From Candidatus Latescibacterota bacterium (GTDB lineage: Bacteria; Latescibacterota; UBA2968; UBA8231): a stretch of DNA of 64,000 nucleotides. Below, piece after piece: positions 50,401 through 58,918 of the stretch. The notes beneath the pieces were generated by a model. That model was not told the origin of the DNA. It searched no databases and saw only the letters and a program-made list of their open reading frames with translations. Position numbers and translations under genes: made by a program. The stretch spans positions 2,240,001 through 2,304,000 of the forward strand of contig CBDFJF010000001.1 in assembly GCA_965248265.1 (NCBI GenBank), given 5' to 3'. Numbering within the stretch: position 1 is the first letter of the stretch; each line of letters starts with the position of its first letter.

Positions 50401-50907
50401 TCAGTAAAACAGCGCCTTTATCTGACCCCAGAGGGTAGGCTTGACGATGGTGGTGATCAATAGTTCGTCCAGTGTTTTTATGTCTGCAGCTGCTTGACTC
50501 ATGCCCTTGTTTCCGAAACATGAACCCGTAGAGATATCGGCGAGCTCTTGCCAAGGATCGGAAGAAGTGAAACGTCCGAATACCAAGTAGTCTCCATCTG
50601 TCCTGAAGCGATACCCGCACATTCCATCTTCTTCATGTGTAACGAGAGTAACCTCGTCTCCTCCAACTCCTTTCCATGACTGATCGACTTTGAACTTTAC
50701 GACAACGAACGGTAACTCAAATTTATCGCCGTCACCCATATCTATCTCTCGGGGGTGGCTTTCTTTCTCAATCACCTTTCCCGTAAACGCTACGTCGGCC
50801 TGATCCAAGTACTCCAGCACAGGCTGTGCTATACACGAGCAGGCTGAAGCAGCTTGGGGCGCACCGATGCAAAAAGTGACCACGAGGACGAAAACAAGAT
50901 TACGCAT
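50401..50907 (-). CDS. secreted TIMP/netrin-like (NTR) protein with a WGQIK tail
   Basis: Signal ASA|CSC, ADVAFTGKV, FKV..SWKG, CGY.F...YLVF, C-terminal IVKPTLWGQIKALFY. Confidence 0.75.
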   Translation of the reverse strand: MRNLVFVLVVTFCIGAPQAASACSCIAQPVLEYLDQADVAFTGKVIEKESHPREIDMGDGDKFELPFVVVKFKVDQSWKGVGGDEVTLVTHEEDGMCGYRFRTDGDYLVFGRFTSSDPWQELADISTGSCFGNKGMSQAAADIKTLDELLITTIVKPTLWGQIKALFY

Positions 50908-51239
50908 GATGGTACCCTCCTTCGTTGGCTGTACGATACAATTATTCAAGGGACATGCCAAGAAGGGAGGAATGAGTCCAAGATGGTGCTAACTCATTGC
51001 AGATGTTGGTGATTGGGACAGCGGACGGATGCGGCTCAGAACCCGCTCACATTGGCCTCAGTCCAGCTTTTCGGACAGATCGAGGCTGTGATTGGATGGA
51101 TTTCGAGGGCAGAAGTGTCGTGGGTGTCTGCCTATCCCCACAGGCGCGTTTCAAGGGTAGATATGTCACTGCTCTCTCTTTCTTCTTTCTCTCATTCTCT
51201 CTAACATTTTTACCCTTCAAATCATCTGTACGCGACTGA

Positions 51240-51539
51240 TCACATATACGGTTCCGGCATGAACTCCGGGTAGTAGTTGGCGACGTAGGCGGCGAGAATG
51301 CAGACAATCGTCAGAAAGAGTAGTGCTTTAATAGCCATCCGTCTGTCGTCGGGATCACGCCACCTGAATGTTTTCGTAGCGAAGGGGGCTCCAGTGTCCG
51401 CGCTGATTAACGATCCGAAAGGTACGGGCATTCTTGGGGGCATGACCCGTCGCCGTCTGATGTCCCGGATCAGCCGCCACAGACTATAGACGCCTCCCAC
51501 GGCTAACACCAAGACCACCAGTAGGTATCTGTAATCCAT
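51240..51539 (-). CDS. small two-TM hypothetical protein
   Basis: Two hydrophobic segments; follows the next ORF closely on the same strand. Confidence 0.55.
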   Translation of the reverse strand: MDYRYLLVVLVLAVGGVYSLWRLIRDIRRRRVMPPRMPVPFGSLISADTGAPFATKTFRWRDPDDRRMAIKALLFLTIVCILAAYVANYYPEFMPEPYM

Positions 51540-51548
51540 TTCGAGCCG

Positions 51549-52121
51549 CTATCCGATACCTGCCACGTCCTGACACCGCTCAAGTATCTTCGCTCCCTGT
51601 GGCGGCATGAGGAACCGAAAACCACTGTCGGCGTGGTCCTGCCAGCGGTAGTGTGTGCCGCACCTAACGCAGCGAATGTCCTCATTGTCCGGATCACAGT
51701 CTTGCATCAGTGCGTTGCACACCTTGCAGAACGTGCGGGCCACCCCCATGTCTATGTCCATCGAACGCTTCTCGCCGGAGAAATCATCGTGGACCGTCAT
51801 GCAATCCACACAAACGAACACTGCACTCGTGTCCGGATCCCTGCCTTCGTGCGATCGGAAATAGCCGAGGATCGGCCGCCGTTTCGACGAAGGTAGCTGG
51901 CCGAAGCGCGTGAGCTTCCGATTCTCACAAAACTGACACGGAGCGCCAACAACTCGCACCGCGATCTTGCCGACCGCGATCAAGACTCCCAGGACTGCCA
52001 AGAAAACAAGCCCGATTTTGATGAGGTCCACTATCGCAAACTCCTTATGTCCAGCCAACCACTGGCGTCGGCGTTTGACACATCGCTCGCACGAGGCCAC
52101 CAGACGGCCCAGAATAGCCAA
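51549..52121 (-). CDS. membrane-anchored protein with four CxxC motifs (zinc-ribbon-like)
   Basis: TM followed by CQFC, CVDC, CKVC, CVRC; start uncertain. Confidence 0.6.
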   Translation of the reverse strand: MAILGRLVASCERCVKRRRQWLAGHKEFAIVDLIKIGLVFLAVLGVLIAVGKIAVRVVGAPCQFCENRKLTRFGQLPSSKRRPILGYFRSHEGRDPDTSAVFVCVDCMTVHDDFSGEKRSMDIDMGVARTFCKVCNALMQDCDPDNEDIRCVRCGTHYRWQDHADSGFRFLMPPQGAKILERCQDVAGIG

Positions 52122-52233
52122 TCGTCACTCGTGTGTTAAAGGGGGGTGGTAGACAGTTTAGAGCGTCAGGGTGGCTGTGAGAACGCCTGAACGCTGCAAT
52201 GCCATCGTGTCCATCTTAACTCGTTTCCTCTAG

Positions 52234-52342
52234 TGACACACTGACAGAGTCCGACACAGAATCAGGAAAGGTTTTCATAGTGAGGTGAGATGCTGTATGG
52301 GAAGCTTACCCGAAAACCGTGTCGGGGTGCGTCAGTGTGTCA
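52234..52342. repeat. 24-bp imperfect inverted repeat TGACACACTGAC...GTCAGTGTGTCA
   Basis: tgacacactgacagagtccgacac (52234-52257) versus gtgtcggggtgcgtcagtgtgtca (52319-52342). Confidence 0.75.
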
Positions 52343-53654
52343 GTTGAAGCAGCATTCACGCATTCACCCGCATTGCCAAACCGCAACGCCGTCGCCTTGC
52401 GGAAACGATCCCAGTGAAGGTCGAAACATGACTCACCTCATTTCGCCGCCAGCTTTACTTCCGTCTCCACAGCCGCCATCGCTTCCAGTTTCCGCACTGC
52501 AGCCGTTATCGCTTCCAACTGCATTCGCAGCTCATCATTGTTCCGAGCCAGCTCTTCCTTCTCGGATCGCAGGTCCGACAACTCCGCCTTCACCCGATTC
52601 AACTCCACATTCCCAGGGTCTTGCGCTGACTGTATTGCGTGATTCACCGCAAAACGCTCGAACAGCACCGATATCCGTCGATGCTTGCGACCATCAACTG
52701 ATTCCTCGATCTCGTCCCAGTCCACGGCCTGGACAGCGATACCTACGATGTGACTGACCGGAAACTCACCGGTGTCCCTCATGGCGTGTCCGGCCATATC
52801 GGAGGAGATCAGATGATCGCCGATCTCAACGTTCTGGCCATCCTCAACCACCCACATCACGCCGTTGCCCACGGCCATTACGAGGTGGGGGTTGTCAGGT
52901 CCGGCTGGGTCTTGGGACTCCTGCAATCCGAGATAGGCACCGAGGATCTTCGGATCGTTGGGAATTGACGATGGGTTGACACCGTAGATGATCTCGGAGT
53001 CAGCGTTGTCATGGAGTCTGTGGTTGTCGCCGGTAAGGGTTACGAGTGCACCCCGTTCGATCGTGCGATCGGTCCAGCCGTAGTGAGAGCCGGTGAAGGC
53101 ATTGTAGGAAGTAGTAGCACCGGACACGGAGATGCTTCCCTGTTCGATGCCGGCGACTTGAATAGAGATAATGGTGCCGTCGTTGGTTGTGCGGTTGAAC
53201 CCTGCGACGGTGGTGCCGGACGCCTCTACGTCCAGTTTTTCGCCCGGCGTCGTCGTGCCGATGCCGACGTTGCCGCCGTCTTGCATCACATTCAGCGCCC
53301 CTCCAGTGGACTCGAATCTCAGCGCACCGCCGGGCATAATGCCTTGATTCCACTCCAATGCGCCTGACGTAAAGCGAATCCCACCGGCGTTGGAGGTATC
53401 ACCATTTATTGTCAGCTTGGCTCCAGGACTCGCCGTGCCGATACCGACGTTTCCGTTCTGGTTAACCACCATCCTGGTCGTCCACGTTATCTCATTATCT
53501 TGCCCGGGTTGATCTCCACTTTCGAAGTGGATGGCGTTGTCGTTGCCATCGGCATCTCCGATGATCCGGGCGGGATAGAGACCTGCGCCGCCGGTCGCAC
53601 GCTGGGTATTCGCGTTGTTCGAGTGGTATGCAAGGAATGTTAGATAAGGCGCTC

Positions 53655-54968
53655 GGTACAAACCGGGTAGATTGGTAACACATCTGACCGGGTTGATGGG
53701 TGACACTCCTTCTACTTTTTGACCAACCCCAATTGGGAGGTTGGTCGATGCCCTGGATGGAGACAGCACCCATGGAACAACGTAAGCGATTTATCGCCGA
53801 CGATCAGCGCGGGCACTACTCGAGAGCGGAGCTGTGCGAGCGATACGGGATCAGCCGCAAAACCGGATACAAGTGGCTTCAGCGGCACGCCGAAGAGGGG
53901 GTGCCCGGGTTACAGGACCGCAGTCACGCGCCCCACACCTGTCCGCATCGCATGGCGCCAGAGATTGCCGAGCTCATTCTCGGAGCGCGCACACGGCACC
54001 CCGATTGGGGACCGAACAAACTGTTGGACTGGCTGGCGCCTCGACATCCGCACATCTGCTCCTGGCCGGCGGTCAGTACGGCAGGCGATCTGCTGGTGCG
54101 CGAAGGCCTGGTGAAGAAGCGACGACGACGACGCCCACGTCAGCACCCCGGAGCCGTGCCGCCGACCACCGACAACCCCAACGATCTGTGGACGGCCGAC
54201 TTCAAAGGCCAATTTCCTACCAAGAACGGAGTTTGGTGTTTCCCTCTCACCATCAGCGATCAGCACACTCGCTATCTCCTGACCTGCCGCGCCCTGCCCG
54301 ACATCAAGACCTTGCATGCGCGTCCGGTCTTCGAGAGAGCCTTCCGCGAATTCGGCCTGCCTCAGGCCATTCGCACCGACAACGGCGTTCCCTTTGCTTC
54401 CAGAGGATTGCATGGGCTATGCCGACTCAACGTTTGGTGGATGAGGCTCGGCATCGTGCACCAGCGGATCCGCCCGGCATCGCCGCAGGAAAATGGCGCC
54501 CACGAACGCATGCATCGCACCTTGAAGGCCGCTACCTGTCGGCCACCCGCCGCCAACAAGGCCGCCCAGCAGCGATCCTTCCAGCGCTTCCGACAGCTCT
54601 ACAACGACGAGCGTCCCCATGACGCCCTCAACGGCAAGACTCCTGGCTCCCGGTACCACCCATCACCCCGGCCCTATCCCGGCCGCATGCCGACCATTGA
54701 GTACCCCGGTCACTTCGTCATCAAGCACGTCACCCGAGCCGGGACCATACGCCTCGGCCACAAGCTCATCTTCATCGCTCAGTCTCTCAAGCATCTCGAC
54801 ATCGGTCTCGAGGAGATCGACGACGGCGTCTGGGCCATCTACTTCAACACCGTCCTCCTAGCCACCGTCGACGAGAGGGACATGATCGTACGGGAGTGAA
54901 TTCAATCAAAACAATAGTGTCACCCATCAACCCGGTTTAGACTGTTACCTATCAGCCCGGTTGCTGCA
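53655..54968 (+). mobile_element. IS481-family insertion sequence with a 4-bp target duplication (GCTC)
   Basis: ~50-bp IRs (aaccggg..ggtaaca..accgggttgatgggtgaca / tgtcacccatcaacccgg..tgttacc..cccggtt); GCTC at 53651-53654 and 54969-54972. Confidence 0.92.
53748..54899 (+). CDS. IS481-family DDE transposase
   Basis: MPW..ELCERYGISRKTGYKWL, WTADFKG, IRTDNGVPF, PQENGAHERMHRTLK, YNDERPHDAL. Confidence 0.95.
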   Translation: MPWMETAPMEQRKRFIADDQRGHYSRAELCERYGISRKTGYKWLQRHAEEGVPGLQDRSHAPHTCPHRMAPEIAELILGARTRHPDWGPNKLLDWLAPRHPHICSWPAVSTAGDLLVREGLVKKRRRRRPRQHPGAVPPTTDNPNDLWTADFKGQFPTKNGVWCFPLTISDQHTRYLLTCRALPDIKTLHARPVFERAFREFGLPQAIRTDNGVPFASRGLHGLCRLNVWWMRLGIVHQRIRPASPQENGAHERMHRTLKAATCRPPAANKAAQQRSFQRFRQLYNDERPHDALNGKTPGSRYHPSPRPYPGRMPTIEYPGHFVIKHVTRAGTIRLGHKLIFIAQSLKHLDIGLEEIDDGVWAIYFNTVLLATVDERDMIVRE

Positions 54969-55381
54969 GCTCCACTGGTATTGAGGGAACCCAGCGAGCC
55001 AGAGTGGTTTGTGTTCAAGTTCCCGAACAGGAGCGCGTCCCCGGAATTGTAGGCTTCGATGTTGGCGACGCGGGTGCCAGCGCTGGAGGGGATTCCCGGT
55101 CCGGCAACATCGAGCGATTGACCTGGAGAGGTGGTGCCGATGCCGACGTTGCCTCCATTGGGATTCAGAGTCAATGGCTTGACCCCTACTCCAGTCTCTT
55201 GGCTCTGTAACACAGTAAAATCACCTACAGCGCTGTACCCAATACGGAGCATCTTGGCCGGAGTCGTGGCATCGCTGAGACGCAATTGAGTGAAACCACT
55301 GCCAACCCAATCAACATCCTTTTTTATGAGCACCTCCTCAGTAGCTCCCGTGAGATCGACCTGAAACTTGTTGGTTGGACT

Positions 55382-55915
55382 CGTCGTGCCGATTCCGACA
55401 TCCCCCTCGCCCGTCATGACCAGATTCTCAGTTCCGCCCCACCCTTCAGTAGTCCCGATTGTAAGGGAGCGGCTCGCATCTGCTGCGTTGTAGGTCCCGA
55501 TCATGGTGAAACCCTCATTGGCCCCAGAGCTCTTGCCCAATGTGAGATACGTGTACTGGCCGTTTGTCAATCCGGAATTGAGGATGTGAACTCCGTTGTT
55601 TGCCGCCGGTTTGACATCCAGGATTGCACCCGGTGACGTCGTGCCGATTCCGACATCCCCCTCGCCCGTCATGACCAGATTCTCAGTTCCGCCCCACCCT
55701 TCAGTAGTCCCGATTGTAAGGGAGCGGCTCGCATCTGCTGCGTTGTAGGTCCCGATCATGGTGAAACCCTCATTGGCCCCAGAGCTCTTGCCCAATGTGA
55801 GATACGTGTACTGGCCGTTTGTCAATCCGGAATTGAGGATGTGAACTCCGTTGTTTGCCGCCGGTTTGACATCCAGGATTGCACCCGGTGACGTCGTGCC
55901 GATTCCGACATCCCC
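55382..55915 (-). repeat. 255-bp (85-aa) tandem duplication, identical by eye, inside the fibre gene
   Basis: Units start at 55382 and 55637, with a partial third at 55892. Confidence 0.92.
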
Positions 55916-58143
55916 GTTCACTGTCAACCCACCCGCTCCGGCGATATCAACCGCCCCGTTGTCCGCGGTGATGGTACGACCAGCTCCCGCAGTGGGCTCG
56001 TCGTAAGCTCCGTCGAGCGTGTTCTGGGTGTCGGTATCAGTGTCTGTGTCCGTAGCGTTGAAGGTCAGGGTGTTGCCCGAAGGTGTAATGGCCATGTTGG
56101 TACCGGCAGCCAGGGTCACGGCATCCGTGAGGCTGTTCAATGTCTTGACCACGGCCCCTGCGGCCACATCACCGGCCACTATGGTCGCATTGGCAATCTC
56201 AGCCGAAGTGACGGCATTCGCGGCGATCTTTGCCGTCGTGACCGCACCAGCGGCCAGTTCCGTACTGCCGACTCCGCCTGCAGCGATATCGAGGGTTACA
56301 TCACCGGTGGTGCCGCCATTGGCAAGGCCTGTACCTGCCGTTACGCCAGTAATATCACCCCCAGCCGTGGCGTCGATGGTAAGCGTGTTACCGGCCGGGG
56401 TGATGTTGATATTAGATCCTGCCGCCAGGGTGACGGCGTCAACCAGGGTATTAACACTGGTGACCACCTGACTGGTCGCCAGGTCGGCCGCCACGATGGT
56501 GCCATCACCGATCTTAGCCGAAGTGACTGCATCAGCGGCCAGCTCGGCATTGCCGACGGCACCAGCCGCGATTTCATCGGCATCCACGGAATCAGTCGCC
56601 AGGTCGGCTGCCGAAATGGTGCCATCGGCGATCTTGGCACTCGTTACGGCATTGGTACCCAGATCAGCCTCCGCGATCGCGCTGTCGATGATCTTGGCAC
56701 CTGTGATCGAATTGTCTGCTATATCGCCAGTACCCACCTCATTTCCGCCGGTGGTCGAGATCGTGATGTTCTGGCCGACTTGAACGATGTCAATGTTGGC
56801 ACCCTCAAGCAGGGTTACGTCGTTGGTGGCCGAGTTGAGACTCAATACTGCTGTGTCGGTGGCCAGCTTAGCTGCCGTCACCGCGGCGTCTTGGATCTTG
56901 GTATTGGACACGGCGCCATCTGCCAGTTCGGAATTGCCCACCGCATCAGTGGCTATCTGCGTCGCCGTTACCGCGTCGGATGCCAGGTCAGCCGCAGCAA
57001 TCGTGCCGTCCGTGATCTTTGCAGAGGTCACCGCATTGTCAGCCAATTCAGATCCGGCTGCAGTGATCGTCACCGTATTGCCTACAGTGGCCACGGTAAC
57101 GTTGTCACCACCCGCGATGGTTACGCCGTCGGTGACGGTGTTGACGCTCGTCACCACTGCTCCCGCTGCAATGTCGGCCGAGCCTATGCTGCCATCGGCG
57201 ATCTTGGCTGCAGTCACGGCGTCGTCGGCAAGCTCTTCTCCCGTGATCGCTGCATCGGCAATCTTGGCGTTGGTTACTGAGTCTTCCGCAAGCTGCTCCG
57301 TACCCACGGCGTTGGCAGCGATCTTATCCGCAGTCACCGCGCCGTCTTCGACACTCTTGGCGTAGAGGCTGTAGGGAGCCGCTACCAGTGCAATGCGCGG
57401 CGACAACTCATCACCGACACCTATCGAGATGCCCAGGTAGTAGGGCCGGTCAAAGGGCACCGAATCCAAGGACTCGGTCGCTCCCAGTACCACGCTGAAG
57501 AGCCCCTTGCTCGTCGTCACCGTCCGCGTCGTCTCCCATACCCCAGTGCCCCCTGTGGATTGTTCGTACAGGCTGAAAGTGATCTCATGATCGCCATCTG
57601 CGACCACATCGCCAGCGGCGTCAGTCAGGTAGCCCATATAGGAGACGGTCTTGGGCACGGGCTCCTGGGCGTGGGCGATCGATAGCGAAATTGCAAGGCA
57701 AAGTGAGATAGCAAGCAGGGGTTTCATCACAACATCTCCTGGGTGAGATTCTTCTTGCGAGCATTTACAGGCTGGTGCCGACACCACACCATAGTGACGG
57801 GGGTGATGGTACGGAGATTGTGAGAGAGGACCAAGCAGAGGATAGGACAGGAGCTACAGGCTATCTGGCTGTTACAGTGCGAGGTAACACGCCATATAGA
57901 TATGGGTCCCCACTTTCACGCGATCGCGGAGAAGGGGTACGGGCTTGGGGGGCAGGCACTGGTGTCCACCTGGTGCCTTATTCTATATTAATGGGTGTTA
58001 ATCGAATTGAATGAGGGAATCGCCCCTCCAGAGGTAGGCTCCTAAATCAGTACTGCGCATAGGGATACGAAACCAGTCTGGTCTGACTACGGATCAGGAG
58101 GTTTGGGGTTCGAATCCCTATGGGTGCACCAGAAATACTGGTC

Positions 58144-58178
58144 GGGAGTCCCCGGGTCGCCGATTCCGGGGACTTCCC
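58144..58178 (+). terminator. GC hairpin after attR (native 3' flank of tRNA-Arg(ACG))
   Basis: gggagtccccgg / ccggggacttccc. Confidence 0.5.
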
Positions 58179-58198
58179 TCCTTCCTTGCCTGCCGTTC

Positions 58199-58272
58199 GC
58201 ACCCATAGCTCAATTGGATAGAGCATCTGGCTTCGAACCAGAAGGTTGGAGGTTCAAGTCCTCCTGGGTGCA
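58199..58272 (+). tRNA. tRNA-Arg(TCG), CCA not encoded
   Basis: GCACCCA/TGGGTGC stem; TCTGG-CTTCGAA-CCAGA; GGAGG-TTCAAGT-CCTCC. Confidence 0.92.
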
Positions 58273-58277
58273 CGGTT

Positions 58278-58772
58278 TTATTCTCCAGCCCCCGCCTTCA
58301 CCGTCGCCACTATTCGCATCGTGCGCACATCGTCGAGACGCAACTCCGCAGAACGGATCTCGAACTCTCCGGACTCGACCAGAGCCTGTTCTGGCTCAAA
58401 CACGACAGGCAGCCCGAATGGGATGAAGCGATCGAAAAGAAAGCCGTCGCGGTCCAGAAACCGCAGGTCGTAGTTCATTTCCAGGGTTTCATCCACGACG
58501 CTACGAAAGTGAATCTCGAAGGGGCCGACGACCTCTAGCGCACCGGAGGCAGAGAAGTCGAATGCGGTCGGGATCCAGCGCACACTGTCGACGACGACGG
58601 CTTGAGCCAGATCATCATCTTCCCCCGCACTCAGAACGAACTCAGAGGTGAACACGGAATCCCGTGGACCCGTGCTCCCGGATCCACAGCCGCTCAGGAA
58701 CAACAGCATGCCGGCCGCGGCGATTCCCCCACGCCAACAACGTTGCCCTGGCCCGTCGTGTGTCACCCTCAT
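58278..58772 (-). CDS. hypothetical lipoprotein
   Basis: Strong SD AGGAGG; lipobox FLSGC. Confidence 0.7.
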   Translation of the reverse strand: MRVTHDGPGQRCWRGGIAAAGMLLFLSGCGSGSTGPRDSVFTSEFVLSAGEDDDLAQAVVVDSVRWIPTAFDFSASGALEVVGPFEIHFRSVVDETLEMNYDLRFLDRDGFLFDRFIPFGLPVVFEPEQALVESGEFEIRSAELRLDDVRTMRIVATVKAGAGE

Positions 58773-58918
58773 CCTCCTCCTCCTTGTCAGACTCTTTCTC
58801 CGCCGTTGACCTTGCTCCCATGCGGCAGCGCAGAGTAAGATATGCACTGATGACTTCCCGCTCAGTTCACTACATAATCCCGCAACCGCCGCACATAAAC
58901 CCACCGTCACCGTCTTTC

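Larger units (their letters stand above)
52438..57727 (-). pseudogene. secreted tail-fibre-like protein (~1,323 aa when restored) interrupted by IS481
   Basis: Signal peptide; VSYMGYLTD..FSLY..GLFSVVLG..ELSPRI..APYS; VTxAKIADxA repeats; VGIGTTSP repeats; C-terminal FTGSH..GD.LISS..G domain and coiled coil. Removing the IS and one GCTC restores ...NTSGAPYLTF... Confidence 0.85.
47901..58131. mobile_element. tRNA-Arg-integrated genomic island bounded by a 49-bp direct repeat (47901-47949 / 58083-58131); no integrase seen
   Basis: Identical ctgactacggatcagg...gggtgcacca at both ends; contains IS elements and orphan genes. Confidence 0.9.

Noticed and set aside
52438-53769. Independent 443-aa gene, and the 955-aa ORF 54920-57787 as a complete gene
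   Set aside because: They are two halves of one gene; their inner ends are translated IS481 terminal sequence.
55382-55915. Diversity-generating retroelement TR/VR pair
   Set aside because: The copies are identical, tandem and in frame, with no adenine-specific mismatches and no reverse transcriptase.
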